Positions 11,974 to 22,773 of a DNA stretch of 64,000 nt are shown piece after piece. The position numbers were made by a program, and so were the translations under genes. This stretch comes from a virus. Its lineage: Duplodnaviria; Caudoviricetes. The stretch lies in IMG/VR virus record IMGVR_UViG_3300028833_000053; one strand, 5' to 3'. Every line of letters starts with the position of its first letter. The first letter of the stretch is position 1. The notes beneath the pieces are model-generated. The model was given only the letters and a program-made list of their open reading frames with translations, did no database searches and had not been told where the DNA came from.

Positions 11974-12639
11974 TCAGTCTGAAAGACTTGCAAACACCCA
12001 ATTGGGGTTGTATTCCTTATATACAGATTGGTTGAACATATCATTGTGTCTATTAACATAATATGTTGGCTGAATAAAATCCTATTTTCGTGGAACAATA
12101 TACATTGGAATTTTATTGTTATGACAATGTAACGCCAGCATTCCATCTGCACCAACATCGGGATTCTTCAATTGCCCCAACGTGGGGGAAAAACCTATAT
12201 TACCTGGAATAAATATAGAGCAGCCTGTTCCAGCAATTATAGTCTAATGTCCTTCATCTAATGAGTTTCTAGGAAACACATATTTTTTGCTTTCCTTTAT
12301 TATGCCCAATAACGTCATCACCCAATTTGGATGACCGTCCAGCATATTGCACATATAATCAACATAGTTATCCGGATAGCTGAAATCATCATCGACGGTT
12401 AAAACATAGTCATCTTTGAACTTGTCAATTCCATAAAACTTTCCCTTATCATGCAAATTAGTTCCATCACATATGGGAATACAATTTTGAAATTTGCCAA
12501 TTTCTTCGGGAATATCTTCGTATCCATCCAGATACAACTAAAACTAATCGCATTGCTTACATAATTCACCCAAACGGTCAATCATTCCATTGTACCTTTT
12601 GGGAAAACTTGCCATGCAAACTATTTTTTCTTTGCTCAT
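11974..12639 (-). CDS. GT-A fold glycosyltransferase (4 in-frame TAG)
   Basis: VCMASFPKR, GKF, LTVDDDFSYP.NYV, AGTGCS; continuous from ATG 12639 to TGA 11974. Confidence 0.8.
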
Positions 12640-13449
12640 TTATACAGCTCCATTTATTTCCTGTGATATCACCTACTTATAATTATCCAGTCCTGATAAA
12701 AATATGTCAGATATTTTACTACATTCGCCAAATCTTATTTGATGCTTTCTACCCATCATGCAGTATGGGCAAATTTCATCATTCAATTTTATGAAACTAT
12801 CCTAATCATTGAACAAATCCCTAAAATGCTCTTTGAAATAATGTTCTTTCCCCAATAAAATACATATTGATTTACATGCCGTATTGTGATAATAATAGAT
12901 TTTTCCATGCAGCTTGAAAATTCCCTTTCCACAAACCTTGAAACAACCGCATTTATTATATGGAACTCTATCATTTGTTGGTTCACCATACAAAAAATTA
13001 TAATGAACATTTTTTCTATCAGAAATTGAAAAGCTTCCCCTTCTACCACTTACAATTTTATCATAGTTTCCATAGATTCCACGCCAATAATTTGCCTATT
13101 CCTCTGACATAAAATCTACATATATCTATTTGTACTTACGATCTAAAATGGTTTTAATTACATCTTTGTTAATACCATTAGTCACAACTAGAATTCTTCC
13201 AGTATCTATATTGAATTTCTATTGGTCAAGCCAGTCTAAAATATCCATAAGATATGGATTTGTAGTCGGTTCACCCCCAATTATGGCAATATATTTGGAA
13301 AAACGATAATCCTTTATTTCATCGTATATCATTTTTATATCATCCAATGTCATTATAGACAACGGATTTTTGGGAACTTGATCGCAAAGGCGGTTACATG
13401 CCGCGCATTTCAAATTGCATTCTAATGTTATGTCTATTTCTAGGTTCAT
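12640..13449 (-). CDS. Radical SAM protein (5 in-frame TAG)
   Basis: CNLKCAAC, GGEP, VTNG; C-terminal cysteines; frame open to TAA 12640 with readthrough. Confidence 0.85.
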
Positions 13450-13450
13450 C

Positions 13451-14902
13451 TTATCTATACCTCATTGTGTTATTCCATCCAGTAATTAGCATGTTGGATA
13501 TTCTTTTTGTTCCCTTGTATTCCAATTCAAGTGGATGTAAAATCCCTCCTAATATCTCCGCCCAACGCAGTGGATATTTAGGATGTCGATGCTGGTAAAT
13601 GCGTGTGTCTTTCCAACACGATTTTAATTGATCAAACCGCTAATCCAATATTCCATTCAGTCTGTCAAACCATTTCTATGTAAATTCCGTTTTGGGTTTG
13701 CAAATGAACCATCCATTACATATTAAATGTTCCACAGTTTCGGGATTGTTATATTTCTTTATTGGAGAACCACCAACAATTTCTTTTGCACCGACAACCC
13801 ACACTTCTGGATTGTTGTTCAAGAATTCAAAACATTCCTTCCAATTGTTTTCCCTTGTGTAGTGTTTTATGTCGGCATATCCACCGCCATAAAAGTGCAT
13901 TAAATAACAGCGTAAATAATCCGCTTTATGTGTTGCTGACAAAAACCAATATGCGGGATGAAATGGATGTTCTTCAATCTGCATTTGAATAATTGAGTCT
14001 GGATTAAGGAATTTAGTTTCAACACCAAGATTCTATCTAGTATTCCATGCGGAGTTTCTGTCTTTGGACATGGAATTTACGTCTGTCCATAACTGCCATA
14101 TGTACTAATCCCATGTCTCGTATGGTTCATCTTGAATTGAATTATTGTCCATTAAATATTTATAGTTAGATAAATAATCAAGCCAAGGATTTGGTTTATA
14201 TCCAATATGTTCAAATATGGATTTGAATGTTCTTGGTAAAAGTGCCTGCTTTATTACATGGTTATTTCTTTTTTTATTAAATGCCTTGCAAATTCCCATC
14301 TCACATTGTGGCACGCCGCAGTTTTCGGGAAAACGAATCTCTTTGAATATGTTTTTATGCCGCAGCATACATTGTTGATTATATGTATAGAAATAATTGT
14401 CCTGTATATAGGTCAAAAAATTTGGCGTTTCAACATAATTCAATAAATCAACATGTCCATCACAATTGGCAACACGTATTCCCCCATTTCCCTGTTCCTT
14501 TAGCATTTCAACTAGTTCAGTGAAATCAAATTCATGTTTTAGCAGCCAATCATCTTCAACAGTCAATGCCACGTCACTATGCTCATATGCCTTGTCCAAA
14601 GCCTTGTTCAATACATGACCATATCCCCAACTATTATCGTCACACTATACAATTTCATAATCATTGAAATTCAACTTCTTGCAAATGTTCTCAAGTGCTT
14701 CTATATGCTCCTATGTGCTTCTATCGCAACAAAGATACAAGTAAATGCCATCTTTGTATTTGCAATTGTTTAGAAGATGTTCAAGACAATAACAGGCACA
14801 CTTGGTTTTATTATGTGTTGAAACCGTAACAGGAAGACGTTGTTTTAGTTCCGCGTACTATTTTAGATTGAGCATTTGTTCTGCTTTAGTTACAATATCC
14901 AT
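13451..14902 (-). CDS. Two-domain glycosyltransferase (GT2-like + GT32/DXD-type; 7 in-frame TAG)
   Basis: N-domain LTVEDDW; C-domain HKADYLRCYLMHFYGGGYADIK and YPLRWAEILG; a single 483-aa frame. Confidence 0.8.
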
Positions 14903-14928
14903 ACATATCCTTTACCCTACATCAAAAC

Positions 14929-14936
14929 TATTTACC
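14929..14936 (-). promoter_or_regulatory. Putative late promoter of the glycosylation operon
   Basis: GGTAAATA on the minus strand about 26 nt upstream of ATG 14902. Confidence 0.55.
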
Positions 14937-14937
14937 A

Positions 14938-15246
14938 TTACTTCCTTGAATTCCATTTCTTGACAACGTTATTGACACCCTTTGCTTTCATGCTCACCCT
15001 GCACTTCTGGCATATTATCTCCCACTCGTTCTTGTACTCGTATGCCAATCCAAGATAGGGCTTTCCACCGCAAAACGGACATTTTTCAAGTCCAGACGTA
15101 TGCGTTCTGAAATCTGGACAGTCCTTGCACTCAAACTTCGTGTCATTGAACTTGCATTTTTCAGGATCGGCGTTCCTTGAACATGTGTCAAGGCTGTAAG
15201 CACCCACATAATGATAGTGTACGCATTTTCTCTTTTTCATTGACAC
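14938..15246 (-). CDS. Lar-like (restriction alleviation) zinc-finger protein
   Basis: LEKCPFCGG...ICQKC...KWNSR pattern. Confidence 0.65.
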   Translation of the reverse strand: MSMKKRKCVHYHYVGAYSLDTCSRNADPEKCKFNDTKFECKDCPDFRTHTSGLEKCPFCGGKPYLGLAYEYKNEWEIICQKCRVSMKAKGVNNVVKKWNSRK

Positions 15247-15596
15247 TCCTTTATCGTGATAAGCTTAATTCCCAATTTGTCTGCAAGGGCTTGGCAATTC
15301 GCGCAAGGCTTTATCGGACGCCATTCCCCGCTATGCCCAATCCTTGAAATGAATATGGTCTTGATGAGATCACCATACTTCATCATCAACTTGTATTCTG
15401 CGTGAACGCCAATCCCAGGCTTTCCCTCTACCCCATCCGGGGGAAGTCCATTGAACGCACGTCCAATGAACTCTCCGCGCTTGTCAAATGCCATTGCCGA
15501 AATCCTGTACTTTGACCTTGACTGCGAGGCTTTCTTCCCCAGCATTTCAAGGAGAAATGGGAGCGCGTTGCTTGAAAGTCTGGGCATCTTTCTCAT
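15237..15596 (-). CDS. Cytidine/dCMP deaminase-like zinc protein
   Basis: HAE ... PCANC motif. Confidence 0.75.
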   Translation of the reverse strand: MRKMPRLSSNALPFLLEMLGKKASQSRSKYRISAMAFDKRGEFIGRAFNGLPPDGVEGKPGIGVHAEYKLMMKYGDLIKTIFISRIGHSGEWRPIKPCANCQALADKLGIKLITIKECQ

Positions 15597-16582
15597 TAGA
15601 AGAACAATGGCGCGTATTTCATGAAATCTGCACTGAACTTTTTCCTTGCATCATCCAGCTTCTTGCTCTTGAAAGGCTCGACCTTGACTTCCCATGTGTC
15701 GGTGTCAATGAAGGTGTTTGGACTCCATTGGTCTGACTCCATGTCGCGCTCATATCCACGGGGATTGCAGAGAATTGTCTGGTTGTTGTCCCCAATCTTC
15801 GCAATGGTGACGCTGTGGACGTGACCACAGCACCAAACGCGGATATTCGGATTCTTGATGATGAAGTCCTCAAGGTCCGAAACGTAGGAAGCGTTCATGT
15901 TGTTGTTGACGTATTGTTCGGAGATGCACTTTGGCGAAGGGCAGTGATGAGACATAATTATTATGTCTCTATCCTTGTTTTCCTGCACCAACTGCTCAAT
16001 TTTTTTGAAGGTGATTTCAAACCACTTCTTGTAATCGTCTGGACGCAGATACCTCTGCTTCAATCCACGGTCGTCGAACTCGTCCTCAACGTGACCCCAG
16101 CGGAAATCGTTGAGACCTCGGGAGGCCGCTGCCATGTTCACAACTTCGGGAGTCAATGGCTCTTCGCCATGCTCGGCGCGTATCTTATTGCCGCTTTCTA
16201 TGCAGCGTTTTGTGAATTCCCCCTGATATTGATAGTCCGTGTAGAGGGTTGAACCAATGACAAGAATGTTTGTGCCCGGAACCATCTTTGACATAACGCC
16301 AACCTGTTCGTCCATGAAGGTGACGTTGCCATCTTCCGGAAACTTCTCATGCAGAAATTCCTTCTGCTTCTTGATAGTCCACCCAAGATCGTTGTAGGCT
16401 GGATCATGGTTGCCAACAATGAACATGCCATTGTGGACGTTTTGCTGAATCCATTTTGCGGTACCCTTCACGTTGCCAGACACGTCACCGGGTATGAGAG
16501 TGAAAGTCTCCTTGTCCCGCAAGGACAATGGAAATCTTTGGTTGATGTCAATGTGAATGTCGGAGAATACTCTAATCTTCAT
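15596..16582 (-). CDS. Calcineurin-like metallophosphoesterase
   Basis: SDIH, PGD, GNHD, SHH, GHVH, NPRGY. Confidence 0.92.
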   Translation of the reverse strand: MKIRVFSDIHIDINQRFPLSLRDKETFTLIPGDVSGNVKGTAKWIQQNVHNGMFIVGNHDPAYNDLGWTIKKQKEFLHEKFPEDGNVTFMDEQVGVMSKMVPGTNILVIGSTLYTDYQYQGEFTKRCIESGNKIRAEHGEEPLTPEVVNMAAASRGLNDFRWGHVEDEFDDRGLKQRYLRPDDYKKWFEITFKKIEQLVQENKDRDIIIMSHHCPSPKCISEQYVNNNMNASYVSDLEDFIIKNPNIRVWCCGHVHSVTIAKIGDNNQTILCNPRGYERDMESDQWSPNTFIDTDTWEVKVEPFKSKKLDDARKKFSADFMKYAPLFF

Positions 16583-16608
16583 CGTCTGAATCCTTTATTA
16601 TCCATTGA

Positions 16609-16739
16609 ATTATACCCCAAATGGCTATGATTGTAAAGTTGCCTTTCCATATCTTCCAAAATATGCCCAAAATTGAACATTATTTTTCACAAAATATTTT
16701 CAAAACCCTATTGCGTTTTCGCGCCATTTGTGGTATACT
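16609..16739. promoter_or_regulatory. Divergent sigma70-type promoters
   Basis: Minus: TTTACA-17-TATAAT (16637-16609). Plus: TTGCGT-17-TATACT (16711-16739). Confidence 0.65.
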
Positions 16740-16795
16740 GTAAGTGTTCTTTGGGAGAGGAAGGATGCCCGCGAGTTCCTTCAAGGAGAATGGCC

Positions 16796-18202
16796 ATGGC
16801 TGACAAAAAGATTGTTGAAGTGAAAGAGACCGTGATGAAGGGTCTGGAGTATGCGCGTTGGAAGTTGCTTGAGAAGTCCCCCTTCATTGGGGAGATGCTT
16901 CTCCGTTTTTCCATTGTCCCCACCTACGATTGCCGTTGCAACACCGCGGCGACCGATGGCTCAAAGATTTTCTTTGACTGCGAGTTCTATTCCAAGTTGA
17001 ACGAGAAGCAGCGCGAGTTCGTTCTTGCGCACGAAGTTTGGCACAATATCTTCCTTCACTTCCGCCGCCGTCAGACCCGCGAGCCAATGATGTGGAACAT
17101 TGCAACGGACATGGAAATCAACCACATGCTCCAGAACGAGGGCATGGAAGTTCTGGCCGATGCTTGCCTTCCCGATCCCATTGTGGCGGGCAAGAACGCG
17201 GAGGACATCTACGCGCATCTGATGAAGCAGCAGCAAAAGCAGCAGAAGCAGAACGGCAAGGGGAAGGGTCAGGGCAATGGTTCCGACAATTCCAATGAGG
17301 ATGGCGAGGGTGACGGTGACAGCGATGGTGATTCGCAGTCATCCTCTTCTGGTGGTTCTTCTGGCAATGGCAAGAAGTCATCCTCTTCTTCATCCAACAA
17401 CGGCAACAACAAGGGCAAGCATGGCAACCAGTTTGACCGCCACATCTACGAGGGCGAGACCGCCGGTGATGGCGAAAAGCAGGAGGGCAAATGGGGTGAG
17501 AAGGGCTTTGACGAGGACTTCAACCCGTCCATGAAGGACGCGAAGGAGACCGAGGACAAGATCAAGGAAATGGTGACGTCCGTTGCGCAGAGCATTGAGC
17601 GCAAGCAGGGACACCTTCCCGCAGGGGTTGCTTCCCTTGTGGAGAAGATGCTCAAGCCAGAAATCAACTGGAAGGAGGCGTTGTCCCAGTTCGTGACGAA
17701 GACGCTTGGTGGCGAACACTCTTGGTCCCGTTGCTCCCGTCACGCGCTTGCCCGTGGTCACTACCTTCCTGGCAAGACGGACATGAAGATCAAGGCCGCG
17801 CTTGTGCTTGACACCTCTGGCTCCTACCTTCAGGACTTGCCGAAGTTCCTGGCAGAGTTCAAGGCTCTGGTTGAGTCCTTTGGCAAGTACGAAATCACGA
17901 TGGTGCAGTGCGATGCCGAGGTGCAGGATGTCAAGACCTATGACGCGGAGACGCCGATGGAGTTCGACAAGTTCGAGGCAAAGGGTGGTGGTGGTTCCGA
18001 CTTCCGCCCCGCGTTCAAGAAGCTGCGCGAACTGGGCGACGACTTCAATTGCTGCATCACCTTCACGGACGGCTACATCACGATGCCCACCTATCCGCCG
18101 CCCTACCCCACGCTGTTTGTCCTCACGCCTGACGCCGACAAGGACTTCGTGGAATGGGGCGAGAAGATGGTGTACAAGCCCGACTACCGCGAAGAGTTCT
18201 AA
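16796..18202 (+). CDS. DUF2201-type metallopeptidase + VWA domain protein
   Basis: TAATDG, HEVWH, WNIA.D..IN, G/S-rich linker, DTSGS, GGGGSDF, FTDG; AAGGAG RBS. Confidence 0.9.
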   Translation: MADKKIVEVKETVMKGLEYARWKLLEKSPFIGEMLLRFSIVPTYDCRCNTAATDGSKIFFDCEFYSKLNEKQREFVLAHEVWHNIFLHFRRRQTREPMMWNIATDMEINHMLQNEGMEVLADACLPDPIVAGKNAEDIYAHLMKQQQKQQKQNGKGKGQGNGSDNSNEDGEGDGDSDGDSQSSSSGGSSGNGKKSSSSSSNNGNNKGKHGNQFDRHIYEGETAGDGEKQEGKWGEKGFDEDFNPSMKDAKETEDKIKEMVTSVAQSIERKQGHLPAGVASLVEKMLKPEINWKEALSQFVTKTLGGEHSWSRCSRHALARGHYLPGKTDMKIKAALVLDTSGSYLQDLPKFLAEFKALVESFGKYEITMVQCDAEVQDVKTYDAETPMEFDKFEAKGGGGSDFRPAFKKLRELGDDFNCCITFTDGYITMPTYPPPYPTLFVLTPDADKDFVEWGEKMVYKPDYREEF

Positions 18203-18543
18203 TGGAAACGGAGACGAAAATGGCTAATGAAAGCGGACGAAAACTCAGGGGCCGCAAACTCATCCTGAACTGGGGAAATTTGAAGCTGGAGATTTCCAAG
18301 CTGCCCCATCGCCACGCCGCGGACACTCTCATATTTGACTTGTTTGGGAGCGGTGTCCTTTTGGCAAACGTATATGAAACCCCAGATGGTCACTTGGAGG
18401 ACGAGATTCTTGGACAGCCAGCAGGATGGCGCGGCGACGGTACGATGCTTGAGGGGTATCGCATTGGGCAATACGTGACGGACAACGGATATTGGAAAAC
18501 CATCGGAGAGGCAAATTCAACGAAAGAAGGAAACGCACAATGA
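18202..18543 (+). CDS. Hypothetical protein
   Basis: TAATG coupling with the upstream gene. Confidence 0.65.
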   Translation: METETKMANESGRKLRGRKLILNWGNLKLEISKLPHRHAADTLIFDLFGSGVLLANVYETPDGHLEDEILGQPAGWRGDGTMLEGYRIGQYVTDNGYWKTIGEANSTKEGNAQ

Positions 18544-18704
18544 ACCAACTTGAAACCAAATTCTATGAACACGTCCCATATCTTTTGGGTAAAATCGTAA
18601 AGCAGCTTAAGACCATGAACAAACTCAAGGCATTGGAACTGAAAGCCAAGCCATTTGAAAACAACATCACTCCAGAAATGGTGGATGACATTATGGAGGG
18701 TTGA
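18540..18704 (+). CDS. Small hypothetical protein
   Basis: ATGA overlap and AAGGA RBS. Confidence 0.6.
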   Translation: MNQLETKFYEHVPYLLGKIVKQLKTMNKLKALELKAKPFENNITPEMVDDIMEG

Positions 18705-18705
18705 A

Positions 18706-18810
18706 ATGGAATCACATTGGCTCATACCAATTATGGCGTTCACCATTGTGCCAATCGTGGTTTTGCTTCTTGCAGTGGTGGCTCAAATCTTGGCCGACAT
18801 TTTTGGATAA
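18706..18810 (+). CDS. Small membrane peptide (34 aa)
   Basis: MESHWLIPIMAFTIVPIVVLLLAVVAQILADIFG, with GGAGG RBS. Confidence 0.5.
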   Translation: MESHWLIPIMAFTIVPIVVLLLAVVAQILADIFG

Positions 18811-18823
18811 GGAGAATGTAAGC

Positions 18824-19090
18824 ATGGACGATGACATAAAGGTAAGCCGTTATTGGGACGGCACACGATTGCGAAACACCATCACTTTGATGGAGCAGTT
18901 CTACGTTCTCATGAACGATGAGCGACTGGACGAGAAGCACCGTATTTGCGCAAAGCGTTTGTTTGAGCATGAGCGCCGTCTTGCAATGAACCTCTTGATG
19001 AAGGAGTTTCCCAAGGACTTCAAGACCGACATGTTCATCAACAGCATGTACATTGACGATATGTTCAAGAAATATCCAGACAAGGATTGA
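18824..19090 (+). CDS. Hypothetical protein
   Basis: AAGGAG RBS before MDDDIK. Confidence 0.65.
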   Translation: MDDDIKVSRYWDGTRLRNTITLMEQFYVLMNDERLDEKHRICAKRLFEHERRLAMNLLMKEFPKDFKTDMFINSMYIDDMFKKYPDKD

Positions 19091-19092
19091 CT

Positions 19093-19473
19093 ATGGAAGC
19101 CTCCATCGAGGAGATAATCCGGAACCTCAACAACGTCTATGACTACTGCAAGCCATGGGGAAACCAACACGTCATATTTGAATTTGACTTCCACGAATTC
19201 GGTGAACCCCTGACATACTCCAACATGACCAGACGGGGATATAGGTTCAAGGTTGCGCATACGTCGGATGAACTGACGCAAATAATGTTTGACCTGTCAA
19301 TGAACTCATACATTGTGAACGTGAACATGGACATACGTGTGGGTTGGGTGAAGTTCAACGTGTCGTTGGTTGAAAGTCCCGATCACGGAACAAACATAAC
19401 GCCCGAACTCGTGGAGACATTCAACAGGATATTTGAACTTGACCACACCGATTAGGGCAAAGAGATTGTATGA
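19093..19473 (+). CDS. LFELS/TNI paralogue family member 1 (TAG near the 3' end)
   Basis: IMFDLS...LVESPDHGTNI; readthrough of TAG 19453 ends at a TGA overlapping the next ATG. Confidence 0.7.
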
Positions 19474-19859
19474 AGATTCAGAAAACGGAAGACCTGATTG
19501 AATGGGTGGATGGCGTGTACAACCAATGCGGCAAGTGGAGCAACTGCGCCCCAAGTTTCGAGTTTGGTGTAATGGGTGTTGGCAACGGTATTTCCCAATA
19601 CAATGTCTATGACATCATATCACGCCCCAAGAGTTTCCTTGGGCGGGTCTCAACACGAGACGACCTGTGCAAGATGCTCTTTGAAGTGTCACTCAGATAC
19701 TCCATTGCGCACATTGATGTCAACTTCTACCAACTTGGGGAAAACGTCACCTTCATTCTGGTTCTTGTTGAAAGCCCCAACCACGGAACCAACATAGTGC
19801 CTGAAATGGTGGATGCGTTTCTGAGAATGTTTGAACTTGACAAGCGTGGAAGAGGATGA
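19470..19859 (+). CDS. LFELS/TNI paralogue family member 2
   Basis: MLFEVS...LVESPNHGTNI. Confidence 0.75.
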   Translation: MKIQKTEDLIEWVDGVYNQCGKWSNCAPSFEFGVMGVGNGISQYNVYDIISRPKSFLGRVSTRDDLCKMLFEVSLRYSIAHIDVNFYQLGENVTFILVLVESPNHGTNIVPEMVDAFLRMFELDKRGRG

Positions 19860-19866
19860 GGGACCG

Positions 19867-20199
19867 ATGAGCAGCGAGGAAGTGGAGTCTGGTTTCAACG
19901 ACTTTGTCCAGAAGGTGAAGACGGGAAAACTGTTCTGGGGAGTCTACGTCTGGTGGGAGCAAAAGCACCGCAAGTTCTTCCAGGGGATGAATGGGAAAAT
20001 CCTTGACGATGACGATTTGATTGGCGTTCTGTTTGAACTATCCATCTCAAGGAAAATCACGGAAATAAGCTCTAACAGGTATGGACAGGAAATAGGATTT
20101 CCAGCAATTGCTCTGCACATAACATTTGGTGAAAGTGGTTCAGTTGAAACCAACGTCAGCGAAAAGGCGTTGTCAACACTGTCGGAGCTGCCAAAATGA
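19867..20199 (+). CDS. LFELS/TNI paralogue family member 3
   Basis: VLFELS...GESGSVETNV. Confidence 0.7.
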   Translation: MSSEEVESGFNDFVQKVKTGKLFWGVYVWWEQKHRKFFQGMNGKILDDDDLIGVLFELSISRKITEISSNRYGQEIGFPAIALHITFGESGSVETNVSEKALSTLSELPK

Positions 20200-20534
20200 A
20201 GATGATGACAAATAGACAGATAGTGGACATCATAAGCCACGAGCCGGAACTTGAAAACAAGACATGCTGCATTTGGCTCTGCACAGATGGGAAATGCGAT
20301 GTAATTGACATTTGCAGGTTCAAGACGGTAGATGAGTTTTCCGAGTTTCTGTTTGGGATTTCCCTTACGCATTTCGTGGAGGATGTTCATAGGTTTGATT
20401 CAAGAAACCACACCGACATTGACATCTTCATGGATGAATCAACCAACGGACGCACGAACATTGATGTCAAGGTTGTTGATTCAATCCTGGACTATTTCTT
20501 GAAAATTCAAGACGGTGAACAAGTTTAGATGTGA
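20196..20534 (+). CDS. LFELS/TNI paralogue family member 4
   Basis: FLFGISL...DESTNGRTNID; TAG at 20526, then TGA. Confidence 0.7.
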
Positions 20535-20598
20535 CAACCGACAAGTAAACCAAAAAGTTGCCAGTTGTCATCTTTATGCCCGAATGGTAAATACAAGC

Positions 20599-22464
20599 AT
20601 GGCAATCATTCAATCATAGGAAGCTGACGGTCTGCGAATTGGCAGTATGCAGAATCTCTACGCCGAGTCAATGGTGCAAGAGAACTACATACGTGACCAA
20701 ATACGTGCGTATGGAACCGACATACGGTACTTCAAGTTGAAGACCCCATATCCTGAGGTGTTCAAGCCCATACTTGACGCAAACAACCTTGCCATTCATG
20801 CCTATGGCGAGGGATATGTTCAGGAATGGGAAGATCCAGTGCGGATGATTGCATACCTCAAATGGGATTCCGACTCCATCATTCTCAACGCCTATGGGGT
20901 GTAGCCAGATTCAACCTTGACGATGTGGCTTGACCAGACGGACTTCGCAATTTCCCTTGCGAAGAAACTTTCACAATGGAGGGAATACAAGGTTGTCGGG
21001 CATTCTGAATTCATTTTGGATTTTGACGGAGTTGATGATTTGGCGCGAAACCAAAACAACGTTGCGATGGAGTTCACAACTGACCTTTTTGACGGCTCAC
21101 TACGCGCCATAATAACAAACCATACATTGAACAAGCTGTTAACCAATGACAGTTGTGAAAAACTGGAAACGCCAATAACAATACCTTGCGACATACTTGA
21201 CCACGGGCCATTGAAGATAGACACAGGGCGCATAAACCCCCTTCTCTACAAGGGAAACCACTATGACCCGTTTGAGGACAACATGGTGGATTGTCACCTT
21301 CATCTTGAAGTCACTTCCATATTGAGGGACAAGCACGGTTGCATAAAGATAATGGGTGGAATACGCGGCGGTGTAATCTACCACGATACCACGGTGATTG
21401 GAAAGTACATTGACAAGGTGAAGCCTGAAGTTGGGGACTTGATTGACGTTCCAGTTCCTGGAAAAGACGGAACTGAGCAGATATACAACCAGAAATACGA
21501 AATCGTACACATAGAGGAAACCATCACAAACGAATCCTACATGAATCCGTTTCTGAGGAAGTACATCTACCAGTGCAATCTTCGTGCATATGTGGCAAGC
21601 GGTCAGACGGAACCCGACGAACAAGAAGCAACGAAGGAAAAGGCAGACAACTTGGCTTTGATAAACCAGGCTGCGGAAAACGCGGCAAAGAAGATTGGGC
21701 TGTACGAGGACTTCGAGGATGACGTATATGGCGGATACCACAAGATAAACAAGCGCACCACCGCCAGCGTACAACGTGATGCTAAAAACTCAACCATAAA
21801 CAACTTTGACGCACCGGAAGACACTACTGGATTGAAGAAGTCCGTAATGCCATTGTTCATATTCAAGGATATGGAAATGGTGTTGTCCTTGGTGTCAAAC
21901 GGCAAGGAGAACGAATCACACTTGAAGTTGTCCGCTCTGAACCAATACACCAACCTTGACCCGAACTTCCAATACATAAATTATTTGAGAGCGGACGATG
22001 ACAACTTGGTTCTTGCAGATGGGACAAGGGCGTATTTGCTTGCAGGAAGATTCAAGCAGCAAGAGTTGGATGATGAGACATATTGTCTCAAGCCCATACG
22101 TCTGAAGCACGAAGTCTACGCCCAGCACAATGGTTGGGCAGACCAACCCTTCCACCAAGTTGACGCTCCAACCCCACCAGAGGTTTCAGACTGCAAGGGG
22201 GAAGAAGAGCTGGATATGAACCTTCAGGACTTGCTTGGAAAGAACACCACACACAAATGGAAATCCGCTTCCGAAAACCGGTTGACGTTCCCATGGACAA
22301 ACACCTATCTTGAGGTGGAATACGAAAAAGTGGAAGCAGACCCAGAAGATGAAGAAAGCAAGACCTTTGAAATATGGACTTGCTTTGCCGTGTTTGCGGG
22401 GGATAAATCAGAAGAAGGGCAAAAGGGGCATTGGCCGATTTGTTCGTATATCAGGACTCTTTGA
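20599..22464 (+). CDS. Neck / head-closure protein (T4 gp14-like, extended; 2 in-frame TAG)
   Basis: QNLYAES..E..I.AYGTDI.Y, KPEVGDLI, YEIVHIE, YIYQC; late motif at 20586-20593. Confidence 0.65.
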
Positions 22465-22759
22465 CGATTTCCAAAAGCCTTTCCAATTTCTATATGAATT
22501 GGTTGTCACGCCCACGGTTTATGACTTCGTACATATCATTTTGGACATCCTCTATGTCGCGCTTGTCGCGGCCACAAAGACGGCAAGGAAGTTTGTTCCC
22601 GTTGTCGTCAAGTTCATAGCAGTTCATGTTGTAGAGAATGGAATTTCCAAGTACGCCACCGGCGGCGTGACCCAACAATCCATATTGATCTCCGCAACCA
22701 ATGTCTCGTAGAAAATCCTTGAGTTCCTCAAGCAAGGTTATGGCTTCTGACTTCTTCAT
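22451..22759 (-). CDS. Hypothetical protein (1 in-frame TAG)
   Basis: Late motif at 22765-22772; readthrough of TAG 22490 to TGA. Confidence 0.6.
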
Positions 22760-22773
22760 AAAGATATTTACAA

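Noticed and set aside
459-14902. Mass pseudogenisation of fragmented genes
   Set aside because: All breaks are in-frame TAG with no frameshifts, and essential genes such as portal show the same pattern.
18701-18823. Trp-rich N-terminus of track ORF 18701-19090
   Set aside because: Better explained by a 34-aa membrane peptide in another frame plus an RBS-supported start at 18824.
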